From contig CM022677.1 of NCBI GenBank assembly GCA_012295275.1, positions 5,890,001 through 5,954,000 of the forward strand: a DNA stretch of 64,000 nt. Reading direction: 5' to 3'. The notes under the pieces were generated by a model, which was given only the letters and a program-made list of their open reading frames with translations, made no database searches and was not told the origin of the DNA. Of this stretch, positions 1 through 17,561 are shown in pieces. Position 1 is the first letter of the stretch; every line of letters starts with the position of its first letter. This DNA is from Chrysomallon squamiferum. Lineage: Eukaryota > Animalia > Mollusca. The position numbers and the translations under genes are program-made.

Positions 1-19
1 ATATTAAGTAATAAATATA

Positions 20-1760
20 AAATGAGTTTCTTGAAGCTAAACGAAGATGAAAAGTTAATTACATACATACATACATACATACACGCACACGCACACACAC
101 ATATCCCTAAAAGTTAACTTTTCTTGTGTAAAATTTGACACAAGATTTATTATTATTATCATCATCATTACTATTATTATTATTATTATTGTTATTATTA
201 TTATGATTATTATTATTATTATTTTATTTATTATTTTATTAACTTTATTTTATTTATTAATTTATTAACTTATCATTTTATTAACTTATTTATTTTTTAT
301 TTATTATTATTTTTTGCGTAATAGTTTGGTCAAAGACGACCCCACATATGCAAATCAGTCAAAATATAAAATAAAATAAAAATCACCTACATATAAATAC
401 ATGTAGTTATCAGTCATACACGTAATACAAAACTAAATAAATACCTCAAATAATATTAAAATTAAAATTCGTACAAAGAAGTAAATAAGTTGACAAATAA
501 ATATATAAATAAATTAAAATCAATTAAACAGGGAGTTCCACATACTCAAACGTTTCTGTAGTTTAATTATTGTTCTTGTATGTTAATTAATTAATTTATT
601 TTAGTTTTGTGTTTCTATATACTGTATGAATAACAGTTACAGGACTAATAGGCAAATCTCTCGTCGTTTTGACAATGAACGTCTAAGTACAGTTCGCTCT
701 GTAACCACGTTAGTTGATTTTATTGATTTTAATAAACGTTTTACATTGTGTACAAAATCATCCACATCTGACCTCTGACTATGGTCACTGACGACTGACA
801 AAAACACTGGACAGCTGTGCTTAACTCACTTGGTGATCTTTCAATACTGTCACGCATGTAACACCACGTGCACAGGCGACATTGCGTGATTTCTCTTCTA
901 GCTGACGTCAGATGATTCGCTTCACGCTTTACAAAAAGCTTTTAGGACCCACGCAGTTTGTTGATATCTTTGAGGTCGCAGTTCAGGTCAACCATGTATT
1001 TGAGTACGGCTAGATCGTTACGATTTTTACAAACGTGTTGAAACTGGTTTGCATGCAGGGTAAGAAAGAGACGGAAAGAATATAGGGGTAGCGGGATGGA
1101 CAGTACCAACTACGTGAACTAAACAGTAACATCGTGCTTTACAAAGTTGCCCAGAATATCAAATTAATAACACATTTACTTACTTTTCTGAAGTCTAAGA
1201 ATATAGTAAGTAATTAAGTAAGTAATGAGAAATTCGATGCTTTAATACACAAGAGATAGGTATTATGCAGCTACGATGATTTTAGCATTAATTTATCCAT
1301 ATAAAAGAAGACACTGCAAACATACAGAAAATAAACACTGATACATTTGATTTTGAAACAATTCGTATTAACTTTCATTTCTTTATATTTTTCATCTTCT
1401 TCTTTCTCATTCTTTTCTCAAATTACAATTATCTAGAAATAAATGTAAGCCAACAGCAAATATCTCATTTCGGGTATTATTCTCGTTGTTTTGATAAAAT
1501 AAATTCAGAAACATGTACGTATGTATTTATATATTATGCGTGCGTATGTGGGGTAGTATTTGTTATTGGATGTCGACCTATATGTGTATATTGTCTGCAG
1601 TTCTTATACATGTGTATACTTATATCATGTATATCATTACGTTTGTGCAGATCTTTTTGCGAACACTCTGTTTTAGAAAATGAAACCGTCCACTAAAACA
1701 ACGAAGTAAAAAAAAGAAAGAAAATAACAGACAGAAAATTCATCAATAAACATTTAACAA
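20..1760 (+). repeat. Segmental duplication copy A (paralogue of ~20395-22420)
   Basis: Collinear similarity, e.g. gagtttcttgaagctaaa, caaagacgacccca, gacctctgactatgg, gctgacgtcagat, ttggatgtcgaccta, ttttagaaaatgaa. Confidence 0.92.
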
Positions 1761-1936
1761 ATTTTATCTATTATTAATATGTGTGTCAACAAGAAAAAAA
1801 CAAAACAATCTTCAATCTAAAAAGCTGAAACAGTTGTAATTAGGACAAACAGGATGGAATCTTGGAAGTCTTTCCATATCAGAATTGTTGAACATTTAAC
1901 TTCACTGATCAAATACATTTACCTTTTTCCTATACA

Positions 1937-2315
1937 GAAAGTGAAAAAATCCAAATACCTAGATAGTGAAAAAATCCAAATACCTAGAAAGTGAAAAAAT
2001 CCAAATACCTTGATAGTGAAAAAATCCAAATACCTAGATAGTGAAAAAATCCAAATACCTTGATAGTGAAAAAATCCAAATACCTTGATAGTGAAAAAAT
2101 CCAAATACCTAGATAGTGAAAAAATCCAAATACCTTGATAGTGGAAAAAATCCAAATACCTAGAAAGTGAAAAAATCCAAATACCTTGATAGTGAAAAAA
2201 TCCAAATACCTAGATAGTGAAAAAATCCAAATACCTTGATAGTGGAAAAATCCAAATACCTTGATAGTGAAAAAATCCAAATACCTTGATAGTGAAAAAA
2301 TCCAAATACCTTGAT
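1937..2315. repeat. 25-bp minisatellite, about 15 copies
   Basis: Unit agtgaaaaaatccaaatacct(t/a)gat. Confidence 0.97.
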
Positions 2316-3277
2316 GTGATGAAAATCTATGTTACTAAATAGGAAGAAAATAAAATGAACTATAGAGCGAAAAAAAAAAAAAAATAACTAAATAGAAACA
2401 CAGTCCACTTGTGTGTACGCTTTTAATACATGGTCATGTAATTTATGACATGTATATGGGATTGCAATTTCATTAAGACTTCGACATGTAATGTAGAGGT
2501 GTGTGAAACTACAATTATTATTATTACTCTTGTTGTTATTGTTAATTTCATTTGTTAATACCAGGTTATGAAAAATTTAGCATGTTTGTTAATACTTAGT
2601 TAAGAAGCATTCAAATAAACATGTTTATAACTCTGTATAATTTTTAATACTCTCTAAAACTACTGACTAAGTAAGCACTGTAGTAATGAGGTTTGTATTA
2701 TGTGGTAATTCATTATCTTAGTAAACATTTTTATCACCCAGCTCATTTTAACACCAACATTAGTTCAACATCAATGTCAGCATTATAAAGAGCTTTGATA
2801 TAGTGGCAAAATGTGGTGACTAGATAAATTTATTTTGGGGCTGAAGTAAAACAATGTTTCTTTTTCAGGATGGATGTCTGTTTACTTTGACAAATTATGT
2901 TTTTACAGACACATACATGCATAGTGTTCAGAGTTAGTTCTTTAATATTTAACTGCTGATTTAGGTCTTAAAAGACTATTTTGAAAAAAGTAATGTATTT
3001 ATCTTGTTGTTTTTTTGGGTGTTATTATTATTTTTTTTAAATGTTGTTTTGATTTATAGTGACAAATAAATCCAATTTTTGTGATATTTTGGATTGCATA
3101 TAAAAAAGAAATAACTGGTAACTGTCTTAGCATATCAGACTTATCATGGTCAGGTCCAATGTTGGATGCTTTATTCCAGTTCGGCATTCTTATCTTTGCA
3201 GGTTCAAGCAGAAAAATATGTCAGTAACCAGTAATTTCATATATAGATATATCTATATCTATATCTATATCTATCTG

Positions 3278-3338
<61 letters not shown>

Positions 3339-4507
3339 GTACGAAGTACCACTATAATCTTATAGGTGCACATATGTGTGTATGCGTGTGTGTGCGTGTT
3401 TGTGTGTGCACTCGCTCATTGAGAGATTCATTACATGTAATGCTCACTATAATTTTAAAGCTATATATGTACAGCGACAACTTAGATCATTGTGACAATA
3501 TCTCTAATTAAATATACTGTCATGGTTCGACTAAAATGACAAGTCTAAACATTTTTTTATATTAGACTTGAATAAACACTGGATACATGCGTCTATATTC
3601 AAAGTACCATTCACGTACTGACAGAATGCAGAGAGAAGGAACAAGGAATACAAAACAAAGCCCACTAAAGTTCTGAATTGCTGTCTCTTTTATAATAAAG
3701 AATAGGATGCATTTTTTAATAACAGAACATAAAGCTCTGCAGAATGAAGCCAAATTTTATTTGAGAAAGTTGATGTATCTCCAACTTTACATTGTGAATG
3801 TTCGATAGATCAGAATATTTGTTTCCCCTCACTCTGTGAGTATTTTCAGGTGTAGTTCTGTATTCTAGTTGTGATAATTAATATCTGACTGCATTAATAT
3901 CTGACAAATCTAATTAATTTTAATTTTGTATTTTTAATTAATCAGCTTTTACACAGGTAATATTTTTGCAAAACAACACGTCACAGGTTTGCACGTAGTG
4001 TGTTACTCTGTTATAATTTTCTATTTCAAAATCTGATTAAAGCTCACTTCACTAGCGTGCACATATCTCATGTTAATCTTGAAAGATAGTAAAAAATAAA
4101 GAAATAATAAAAAATAAAAAATATATTTCTATTGTCTTATCTATCAGTGACAGGCAAATGCAAGTTGTTTCTGTTTCTTTCTTTACTTTTTTTTTTCTCC
4201 ATTCGTCAAATTACAGTTATCTATAAATAACTTTAACATCATCTGAGTAATACTAAAATTTATCATGATCACTGGGTAGGTCGTTCTAAGCAATCCGTTT
4301 ATATCGGGAACACACACACAAACACGAACAAATACGTGCATATATAAACACTTATATATATTGTTCGGAGTTATTTGTTTAAAATTAAACTACTAGGCTA
4401 GGTCTTATCAAAAAATTCATATAAAATATATAAAAATCGTTAAAAAAATCAATAGACTGAAGTTATTTAAGAAAGACATTGTTCTTCATTTTGGAGCGAC
4501 AATTTTA

Positions 4508-4572
<65 letters not shown>

Positions 4573-4591
4573 TTATTTTTTTTTTTTTTTT

Positions 4592-4632
<41 letters not shown>

Positions 4633-4879
4633 TTTTTTTTATTTTTTGTGATATTTAGGATTGCACATAAAAATAAATAAATGGTTTTTCTTTTAACATA
4701 TTAGCTTTATTCTGGTCAGGTGGAATATCCAATGTCTCGATGCAGTTCAGCATTCTTATCTGTGGAGGACAAATCTGATATCTAAAGGCGATAACCAGTT
4801 ATATCGGTCAGGTCATTTACATCAATAAATCACATACATCAAGACAGTAAACATACGAAGATACGTACATTCATATATG

Positions 4880-4933
<54 letters not shown>

Positions 4934-5282
4934 TATATGTTTATATATCTATCTATATATCTATATCTATATATTTATATTTATATTTATATACATATTT
5001 TTCTAGTGACAATTTATCAAATCATAGTGACTATTTGACTGATTAAATATAGTCATGTTAGGTCTGAAGTAACTGGTGTAATAAAATTATTCGTATCAGA
5101 CATTCACAGACTTTGCATTACTTTATCGTGTTCACACTATATACCAATTACAATTCATGTATTTATAGAATGCATAACTGATCAATTTAAGAGAGAAAAA
5201 AATGTTTTTGTAAAAAAACAAAATTAAATACATAAACAAGAAATTTTTTATTTTTTTTTATTTAACTCTACCATGTAACAAA

Positions 5283-5377
<95 letters not shown>

Positions 5378-5392
5378 ACAAACAAAAACAAA

Positions 5393-5433
<41 letters not shown>

Positions 5434-5621
5434 CAATAATTCAATAAAAATAATATTATTCTTTCCTGGATCTGTAGTGTATTACTTCGGATTGTTTATA
5501 AAGGAAAGTCGAGTTTCGAGTGCTACTGTCAGAGGTAACCAAAGACAATAAATAGCTAGGTTTGCTGTGAAATAAATACACAATCAACTGTCACAACTCA
5601 GAACGGTATAATACAAGTTTT

Positions 5622-5765
5622 GCTTACCTGTAGTAGAAACAGAAGTAAAGCTGCAATCTTGTAGACTAAATTCACACCAAAAATATTTGCCGTTTGATCC
5701 TTTTGTCAGTCATCCATCCACTTGAATATATCGAGTGATCTTTTACAAGACGACACGTCACAGAT
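5622..5765 (-). promoter_or_regulatory. Candidate promoter plus non-coding first exon, copy 1
   Basis: Minus-strand donor CAG|gtaagc (5622-5627), with TGACGTG (5754-5760) 126 bp upstream. Confidence 0.35.
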
Positions 5766-5929
5766 TTGGGTTCTTCTATTATCTCTGTAACAAAGGGAGT
5801 TTCATTATTATTATTACTATTAATTTATTAATTTATTTGTTTGTTTGTTTGTTTATTTATTTATTCATTCATTGATTTATTCATTGTTCTGCGTACCTGG
5901 GTTGGGGTTGATGTTGAGGGTTTTCTATT

Positions 5930-7131
<1,202 letters not shown>

Positions 7132-7458
7132 TTCCCCGTATGTCCACAGCTTGACAGTTTGGGTTGAACTTTGGCTTCAGTGTTTATTGAAGAAATTTTA
7201 CAATACGCACAGTTTATTTTTATCTAGGTCACCTGTTTATCTGAGTATCGTGTAACACTACAGTTGCCTTGGCTAGAATGTTAACAGTTACTCTAAATAA
7301 AACTGGTTTGGATACAAGGTAATAAAGAGATGTGTAGAACATAGGAGTAGCGGGGAGCAATACTATAGTTTTTAAATGTTCGTCAAAATATCAAATTACT
7401 AATCTAAATGTACTTCGGTTTTTCCTCATATTTAAGTATTTTGAGTAAGTAATGAGAA

Positions 7459-7578
<120 letters not shown>

Positions 7579-7900
7579 TTTTATACTTAGCTTAGCTTTC
7601 TTATTAACATTCATTTCTTTTATTTCCTTCTTTTTTTCTTCTCTTTTCATCAGATTACAATTATCTACAAATAACTTTAATTCATTTCACTAAGATGCAA
7701 ATATCTCGTGGTCATGGGGTAGATCGCTCTAAGGAATCCCTTTATTTCAGGTACAGTGTGTTTGCCTCGTTGTCTTGACAACATCCCAGAGCGTCCACAA
7801 CGTGAGATAGCACGAGCCTAGTATCTCACTGATTTAAAAAAAAGAAATATTTTCTTTTTGTTGATTTTTCTATTTATTCATATATTATTACTATTATTAC

Positions 7901-7967
<67 letters not shown>

Positions 7968-9922
7968 TGATGAAAATATATGCGATTGCTTAGTAGAATG
8001 AATTGAAATATACGGTTAAAACAAACTAATGTTAAAGTCGAACTGAAACTGATTAAAATTCTCAACACAGCGATCACAAATTACCTCCTTTCGAATCGCT
8101 AGCATCAATTTCCTCGAACAAAAACTATTAGTATTTTTTAACAAGAGCAGATAAAAAAAAATAACAATAGTAATAAACAAGAAATAACAAAAAAAATTAT
8201 GCAACGCTTGATTCCATTATTTTCAAGGTGATCTCTAATACTTTCCTTCATAACCCATACCCAACTACTAAAAAAATCAAGAATCGTACTCATAGTAGAA
8301 AACAAAAATTCTCCATTAAATCATTTATTTTTAAAACTAGCCAAATTTCATTTTCTACAATACAAATAATAAACAGTTGAAAAACAGTAAGGTTTGTTGT
8401 TTGCTAACTCGTGTGTACGTGACAAAACCATTTGACAGTGAATGTTGACAGTGAGCTTGTTTATTTTAAAATGTAACGACAGAAAGATTCTGAGTATTAA
8501 TAATAAACTTTTCATTCTCAAACCTTCACCAAATCGGTTGACATCGTACATTTATCTTTCGTTTAATTTCTTAATTCATCGCAATATTGTAAATTAATAA
8601 ATAATTTCATTTAATGGAATAAACTAACTCGAATCTTTCATGACCTTCTCTCAAAAATAATTTTGATTAGAACATACTCCATATTTAAGAGTTAAAAAAA
8701 GGGGTTTATATATACATAATATATGTATATTAAAGTATATATGTATTTGAAGAGTTAACATATACACAGATATTGTGACTGATTCAGTATAGTCGTGGTA
8801 CGATTGAAATGATTGGTATAACAAATTATTTCTGTGAGACATGCGCAGACCTTGCATTACTTTATCATGCTTACTGGATATATATGTCACCAGAAAAAAT
8901 GATATTTAAAGTTGTTGTATTTTCTTTAATAATTAACTAATTAACTTGTTAATTTCCTGCAGTAGCACCTAAGCCCCGCTAAAAATTCTCTAATCATTAT
9001 TGATATTTGTTTGATGATAAATAAAAGCGTGCATTCTCTGTAATACATCATATAAACATCAGCTGAGGAAACAAAATATTATTTGAATAATAAATGTATC
9101 TGCAACTTGTAAAACTTGTACAACAATAAAGTGTGTTCTTTCGTAACTCGTATCTACGTGACAAAACTCTTGTTAAGTATTTTAAAGGGTACGTGACTGC
9201 ATCAAGTGACGATGATCTGATTTCAAAGACCAATGAGCTTGTTTATTTTAGTATCTAATGAGAGAGAAAACATAGTATTAATAATAAAGTATTCATTCTC
9301 AAACATTTACGAATTAAGTTGGCATCATACTATTATAATTTGAGAAATAATCGAATTAATGAAAACAAAAGAAGTTTAACAATAATCTGACATGGATATT
9401 CAATGACCCTTGTCAAAAAATAATTTAAAGTTAACATACTCCATAAAAAAATCTTTAAAAATAATAATAACAAAAATTCCAAAAACAAAACATAACAACA
9501 AAAAACAAAAGTTAAAACATGAACAATATCAACTAATCAATATAACTGTAATATGGAATATCCATGTTAGACATTTTAAATTAAAACTCTATATTAGATT
9601 ATTATTGTACCAATACCTGTTGCTTCATTAACGGTGACTAAATCTCGAAAATATTCTTAACAAATAGTTTATTATAAATTTTCTACATTTTTTTCTTCTC
9701 TTTTGTAACTTGCCCAAAGACACTGAATTACATCTTCAGCAATATTTCACGAGTTAATTTCAATTTTGTATTTTAAAATAATCAGTTATCCTTACACATT
9801 TCATTCCTCCATCGACTATTTTATAAGATAACTGAACAAAGTGCAGTGATATTTTTAGAAACTGTTTATGCTTAGACACTGTTTCTCTTATTCACGTTTC
9901 TTTCTTTTTCTTTCTTCTTCTT

Positions 9923-9953
<31 letters not shown>

Positions 9954-10241
9954 TTATTATTATTATTATTATTATTATGATTATTATTATTGTTTGTGTT
10001 GTTGTTCTCCACACAAAGATATAATATGAGTTAATAATATTAAGATTCTCAAACAGTTACCGAATCAGTTGATATAGTACTATTTATGTTTGCTTTAAAT
10101 TCTCAATTAATTTAATCAAAACAAGAAATTTAACAATAAACTAACAAATCTTTCATGGTCTCTTATCAAAAATAATTTCAGTGAGAAAATATATTATACT
10201 GAACAGATAAAAAGATCACACACACGCACACACACACAGGC

Positions 10242-10304
<63 letters not shown>

Positions 10305-10455
10305 TACAGTGATTAAGTATAGTCTGAAAAGACAGACCTTGCATTATTCTATCATGTTTAGTGGATCACACGTAACTATACAGAAATTAAAATGCAGACT
10401 GGTAACAAAGAGTTAAAACAAAAAAGAAAAAAAAGAGAATATAAGTGCATAAAAC

Positions 10456-10501
<46 letters not shown>

Positions 10502-10710
10502 CATAAATAAAACATAAATAAATAAATAAATACATGCAGATTCTCAACACACAAACATTATTTGGTTTTGTCTGTTTATCGCTGTATTTATTTATTTTAA
10601 ACTTTATGAAACAATACATGCGATATTGAAAATTTTGCAACGTAAAAACAATTATTATTATATAAAACTAAAGTAGAGTTGCTACAAATTCATGAATTAA
10701 AACTATATCC

Positions 10711-10745
<35 letters not shown>

Positions 10746-13196
10746 CATCATCATCATCATCAACATCATCATCATGCTCGAAACACCGATAATACGATAT
10801 CATTTTTGAAATATGTAAATGTATGTTACACACGCGTAATAAACTATTTTAAACAAATAAAAGTAAAAATAGAACAAACGCAATCGCAGTTCAGTTAAAA
10901 AAATGAAATTTACAAAATCAGCTGATATGGTATTATTTATTTTTGATTTAACTTCTTAATTCATTGCAATCATGTAATTTAATAAATAATTTCATTTAAT
11001 GAAAACAAAACATTTAACAATAATTAATTTGAATATTTCATTATTTTTTATCAAGATGCATTTTATTGAAAAGATACTCCATGTTGAAAACAAATATATA
11101 TAATGAGTGATTAGGTATAGTTGTGATACGAGTGAAATGACTGATGTAATCAAATTATATCTGTCAGACATGCACAAACCTTGCATTACTTTATCATCTT
11201 TACTGGATTGATATGTAACTGTATACACATTACGTATAGAATGCAGAGAGTGGAAACCAAAACTTACAGAAACAAAAAATATAAGGCAAATAACACAAAA
11301 ATAATAATGAAAATAGGTTAATAGTCTTTAATAATTAAACAATTAACTTCTTAACTTCACTCAATAACAGTTAAGCTCCCCGAAAGTTCTGTTTTATAAC
11401 AGAAAATTTCGTGCATTCTTTGTAACACATAACATAAACACCAGCTGAAGGAAACCAAACATTACTGAAAAATGTGTCTGCAGCTTGTGTTCTATATGTC
11501 TCATAAATTTAATAGTGAAACAAAACACTGTGGAAAATGTCTCACAGTTAATCTTAGCCTCGAACAGACTCCAGATTAATTAATATAAGGTGTCACATAA
11601 GAGTGATTCACATATAGATATATTATTTTTTTTTATTATTTCATTATTTTTAATTGTTTTGTTTTTATATTTCATTATTAATTATTATAATGTCTATAAC
11701 AATACTCTCGAATTATCGAATCAAAAATTCATCATTTGCTACTATTGTTATTATTATTATTATTATGTTCGGAACACCGATATCATTTTTAAAATATGTA
11801 TATATGTGACAATAATATACACACATAAAATACTATTCAAAAATAAAATAAATACAAATGGAACAATCACAATTAAGTTAAATTTTTAAAATGTCCATTA
11901 AACCTTTTATTTTTAAAACTTGGAATATTTTGTTTTCTATAATAAAAGTAATAAACACTTGCATAGCAGTAAAGTGTGTTATTTGCAAAATCCAGAATGA
12001 AAACTTTACAAGGAAAAAACAAGTATTACTATCTAACAATGAAGTAGACTTGCAACAAACAAAAAGTCAAATTCATGAATTAAAAATATATCCTTTATTA
12101 TCATTGTTATGATTTTTATTATTATTATTATTACTATTATTATTATTATTAGTATTGTTATCAACATCATCATCATCATCATCATCATTCATCATCATTA
12201 TTATTATTATTAAAAAGAAAATTATCGTAAATTTATGTTTTCTTTGTTTAATCAAAAATAATTTTTTTTTTTTATTTATTTTTATTTATTTAGTGGTTTT
12301 TGGTGTGATTTTTTTTTTTTTTAATTCATTTTCGTTTATTTCATTTCATTCTATTTGGGGTTCTTTTTTTAGGTACTCTTGTAATTTTCTACCTATATCA
12401 TGGAAAACAATCACGTGACTAATCTATCATACTTAATTTTGAAAGTAGGCAAACAAACAAACAAAATTTAATATTTTTGACATCTAATCTATAAATGACT
12501 AAGTAATGAGGCTTAAGATTAATTATTGCCAAACTGAACACGACACTGGAAACAAACAAAAAGCTTAACTCATACATTTTATTTTGAAAGCGTTCATATT
12601 AACATCTATTTCTTTTTCTTTCTTTCTTTCTTCTCCTTTCATCAAATTACAATTATCTATAAATAACTGTAAATCATTTCACTAAGACGCAAATCTCAGA
12701 TTTATTTCGGGTACAGTGTATTATCTCTTTGTCTTGACAATTTGATGAAAATATATACAATTATAAAGTAGAATGAACTGAAATTTACGCCCAAAACAAA
12801 GTAATATTAAAGTCTGAAAATGATTAAAATTCTCAACACAGCGATCACAAATTATCTCCCATGAAATCGTTAACATCAATTTCCTCGAACAAAAACTATC
12901 AATACGTTTTAACAAGAGGAGATAAAAACAATAAAAACAAAAAAATCAAGGAACGCTTCATTCTATTATTTGTATGATATATAGCATGCTCCTTTGAATA
13001 AAACTCTATCTGTGCAGAGCCGGGAAAAGAGCAGTTTTCAACTTGCCGAGGAAATTATTCCCCTCCCCCCTTAAATTTCAAAATGTAGATATTGGGGCAA
13101 AAAAAAAAAAAAAAAAGGATTTTAATGGCTCGTGAATATTATAAATAGCATTTGTAATAATAATAATAAGAAGAAGAAGAAGAAGAAAGAAGAAAG

Positions 13197-13230
<34 letters not shown>

Positions 13231-13391
13231 TCAACAATTACAAGATTTTTTATACGATATCATTTTGAAAGAATCTAAATGTCACATGAAATGAATACAT
13301 AATTATAATAAAGTGTAATTATTTCAAAGACAATAACATTTCCAGTTCTAAAATTCTCCATTGAATCATTTATTTATTTCAAAACTGGCTA

Positions 13392-13579
<188 letters not shown>

Positions 13580-14217
13580 CTGGTATCTACGTGAACTCAC
13601 GTTAAGTATTTCAGATCTTTAGATCACCTGACAATGATCTCACCGGAAGTAATACAGTCCTTCTTGATTATATCATTAAGTTTTAATAATAAAAAATGTA
13701 TTCTCAAACATTTCGAAAATTATTTGAATCGTAGTATTTATTCATTGATTTATCATACAGATGTAATTTAATAAATAATTAAATTTTCATTTAATGAAGT
13801 CGAAATATTTAACAATGCGAATGTTTCATGACCTTGTCAAAAATAAATTCCATATTAAACGATAAAAAAAAAAAAAGAAAGAAAGAAAAAGAAAAATATA
13901 AAAAAGAAAAAGAAAGGAAAAACATTAAAAAGCAAAGACACAAATAAAGACAACATTCAAACCAAATGAAAATTATAAGTAATAAAGTTCATATCACAGA
14001 TCTGTGCTAAATATGAAACTATATTATATTGAAACTATTTTCTTTGGTTAATCATAAATAAACTTTTTGTAACTTCCTAAATAGACTAATTTACAACCGC
14101 ATTAACATTTGACGAAACCAGTTAATTTTTATTATTTTTTAAATAAGCAGATATTCCGTAGATATTTATTCCTCTTTCGACTGCTTTATAACTGATCAAC
14201 ATATTCGTAGATGCTGC

Positions 14218-14261
<44 letters not shown>

Positions 14262-14282
14262 TATTATTATTATTATTATTAT

Positions 14283-14326
<44 letters not shown>

Positions 14327-14504
14327 TATTTTGACTTTTACTATTCACTGAAAAATATATTATATAAACCTTATTTATTTATTTATTTATTTAGTGCAGT
14401 TTTATTAGTTCATAATTGTTGATGTGAGTATTATTTTAAAATGAAAAAGCAAAAGTGAATCGAGTTTTTGATGTTACAGTCCTTGTTCGCCGCAAAAAGA
14501 ACTA

Positions 14505-14551
<47 letters not shown>

Positions 14552-15110
14552 GTCATACGCATAATAAATAAAAATAAATAAATAAATAAATGAAATAAGA
14601 AAACCTGTTTTTAAAAATTCAGATTTGTGAAAGAAAAACATCATTTTGAAGTGAAATCTATATTCTTTTACACCAGGATACTTTTAACTTTTTAATGCAA
14701 ATGAGAGAAACGTGGGAGGGCAAAAGGAAACCACGTGTATTTGCGGACATGTAGTAACGCATGTCACGCTGTCTAAGTGTGTGAAAGGGCACGATTCTTC
14801 TAAAAATAATAAAAAACCACACACTTAATCCGAACAAAACAAACAGTGCACACTGGAAAAGGGAAATGTTACTCGTTATTGTGGTATACATTGCATGGTC
14901 CTCTGAACAAAAGTGTATCTGTGCTGAGCAGGGGAAAAAAACACAATTTCAACTGATTCAGTCCTTGCGAGCAGCAGCACATTACGACGCCAATACCAAG
15001 TTTATACGTGTGTCCAAGAGCAAATTTAAAAATGTAAATACTGGTAAAAAAATTATTTTAATGGTTTCTGAATATAATAATTAATAATTGTCATGATGAT
15101 AATAATAATA

Positions 15111-15185
<75 letters not shown>

Positions 15186-15422
15186 CTTTTATTACACATT
15201 CTGAACAGAGTAACAATATTTACTTGTATTTGTCATTGTTATTGTTATTATTAAGGTTATTATTATTATTAGTAGTAGTAGTAGTAGTAGTAGTAGTTGT
15301 TGTTGTTGCTGTTTTTAGATGCAGTACTAGTTTTTATTTATTTCAGAACTGATGAACTGAGCGAGACTGAATACTTAACAATGTGTGTACGAATATTTCA
15401 AAATTCATTTATCATAATAATA

Positions 15423-15496
<74 letters not shown>

Positions 15497-15972
15497 TAAT
15501 AATATAATAATAATAATAATAATAATAAGAAGAATAATAAGAAGAATAAGAACAACAACAACAACAACAACAACAATAATAATAATAATAATAATAAGAA
15601 GAAAAGAATATTAACAACAACAACAACAATAATAATAATAATAATTTTCAAAACATTGGTAAATATTAAATGCTTTGTTATTGTTATTTTCGTTGTTGTT
15701 GTTGTTGTTATTATTATTATTATTATTATTAGTAGTAGTAGTAGTGGCAGTAATGGTAGTAGTAGTAGTATTGTACGATATCATTTTAAAAATGATAAGC
15801 ATACACAATTATAATAAACTATAATTATTTCAAAGACAAAAATTCCAGAGTTCAATTTTTTTTTTTTTAATTTGATTGATTGATTTATTTTTGATTAAGA
15901 ACATAACAGTCGTTCGAAAAGGAATACTTTTCTTACCTTACTCGGGTCTACGTGACAAAACTCACATTAAGT

Positions 15973-16249
15973 CAGTGGTCTTGCCAGATTTTTCAAAAGG
16001 GATGGCGGGAATCGGCGTAACTGGTGCAAGTTAAACAAAGGGATGGTTCTGATGTTCAAATTACTTGTTTTTCAAAAATACTCCTATAAATGATTGCATC
16101 AAATGCATTAACTATTAACAAGTTTATTTTATTTGCAATTAAATAAAATCAAAGTATCTGTTACCTGCGAGTTTTGTCTGGTTGTTCTGTGAATTATTTT
16201 CTTTACATGAATATATTTATACAAAATAATGTACATATACCTACAGAGG

Positions 16250-16293
<44 letters not shown>

Positions 16294-16630
16294 TATATAT
16301 ATATATATATATATACATAACATGCACAATGGTTTAGCCATATACGCAGCATATATATATTGCATAACATGCGCAGCGCCTGTAGCCTCGATTACACAAG
16401 CATCGTAAGTAGCAGCAAATTTCAGAGGTATTGGATTGCGTCCCTTTGTAAATATGACAGTCGCCGCTTCGGGTTACATCTATTTTGTTCAGGGACAAGA
16501 CACGTGAACTGCTGACCCCAAAAGTGCAAAACAATGACATGACAGGCAGTCTGAATAAACGGTTGGCAAATTCGTCGTAAGTCGTAAGTGATGGCGGGCC
16601 CGCCATCTGTTACAGTGTGTAGCGAGACTG
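15973..16630. mobile_element. Non-autonomous hAT-like DNA element, 658 bp
   Basis: Ends CAG...CTG with imperfect TIRs (cagtggtcttgcca / tagcgagactg); 8-bp flanking duplication cattaagt / aattaagt (7/8 match); subterminal gatggcggg at both ends. Paralogous empty sites at ~9170 and ~13600. Confidence 0.7.
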
Positions 16631-16891
16631 AATTAAGTATTTCAAATAATTACATCAAGTGACAACGATCTGACTGAAAGTAACACTGACTTTGTTTATG
16701 TTAACATTAACTTTTAATAATAATAAAAATTAATTGTATTGTATTATCTATCCGTTGATTTAATTTATCGTAGGAATGTAATTTAATAAATAATTAAATT
16801 TTCTTTTTGATTAAGTCGAGATATTTATCTACGCGGCGGTTTCATGACCTTGTCAAAATCATATTAATGAACAGACATTCCACTTTAAACT

Positions 16892-17001
<110 letters not shown>

Positions 17002-17192
17002 TGATGATGATGATGATGATGAAATTAAGAAAAAAGAAAAACAAAAAAACAAAAACTGTACCAAAGGAAAAAAAAATTATTAAAAATTAAAAAATTAAAA
17101 ATTATAATAAATAAATAAAATAAAATAAAATAAATACATTAGTTTTATCATCAGAAATAAATGAACAAAAAATAGTGTGTAGTAAAAGGTTT

Positions 17193-17345
17193 GCCTACCT
17201 GTCAATCGAAACTGAAGTAAAACTCGAATCTTGTCAGCTAACGAACTGCTACAAACTCGACGTCGTCTGCTCGCTCTGTGAATCGTCTGCTTAGAAACGT
17301 CACGTGATATTTTTGTAAAACGCCACGTCACAGGTTTGCACGTAG
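17193..17345 (-). promoter_or_regulatory. Candidate promoter plus non-coding first exon, copy 2
   Basis: Minus-strand donor CAG|gtaggc (17193-17198), E-box CACGTG at 17301, and TGACGTGG (17323-17330) 125 bp upstream; homologous to the 5622 copy. Confidence 0.35.
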
Positions 17346-17510
17346 TGTGTTACTCTGGCTGCTTGGTGACAGTGTAAACACGATCAGTTCTAAGTATAGA
17401 ACATTTTTCAAACTGGTTTGTATACTTCGTCAAAAAGATATGAACAGTATACAGGAGCGAGCAATATATATATATCAGTTTCTTCTAGTAAGCTTATATA
17501 TATAGCTTAC

Positions 17511-17561
<51 letters not shown>

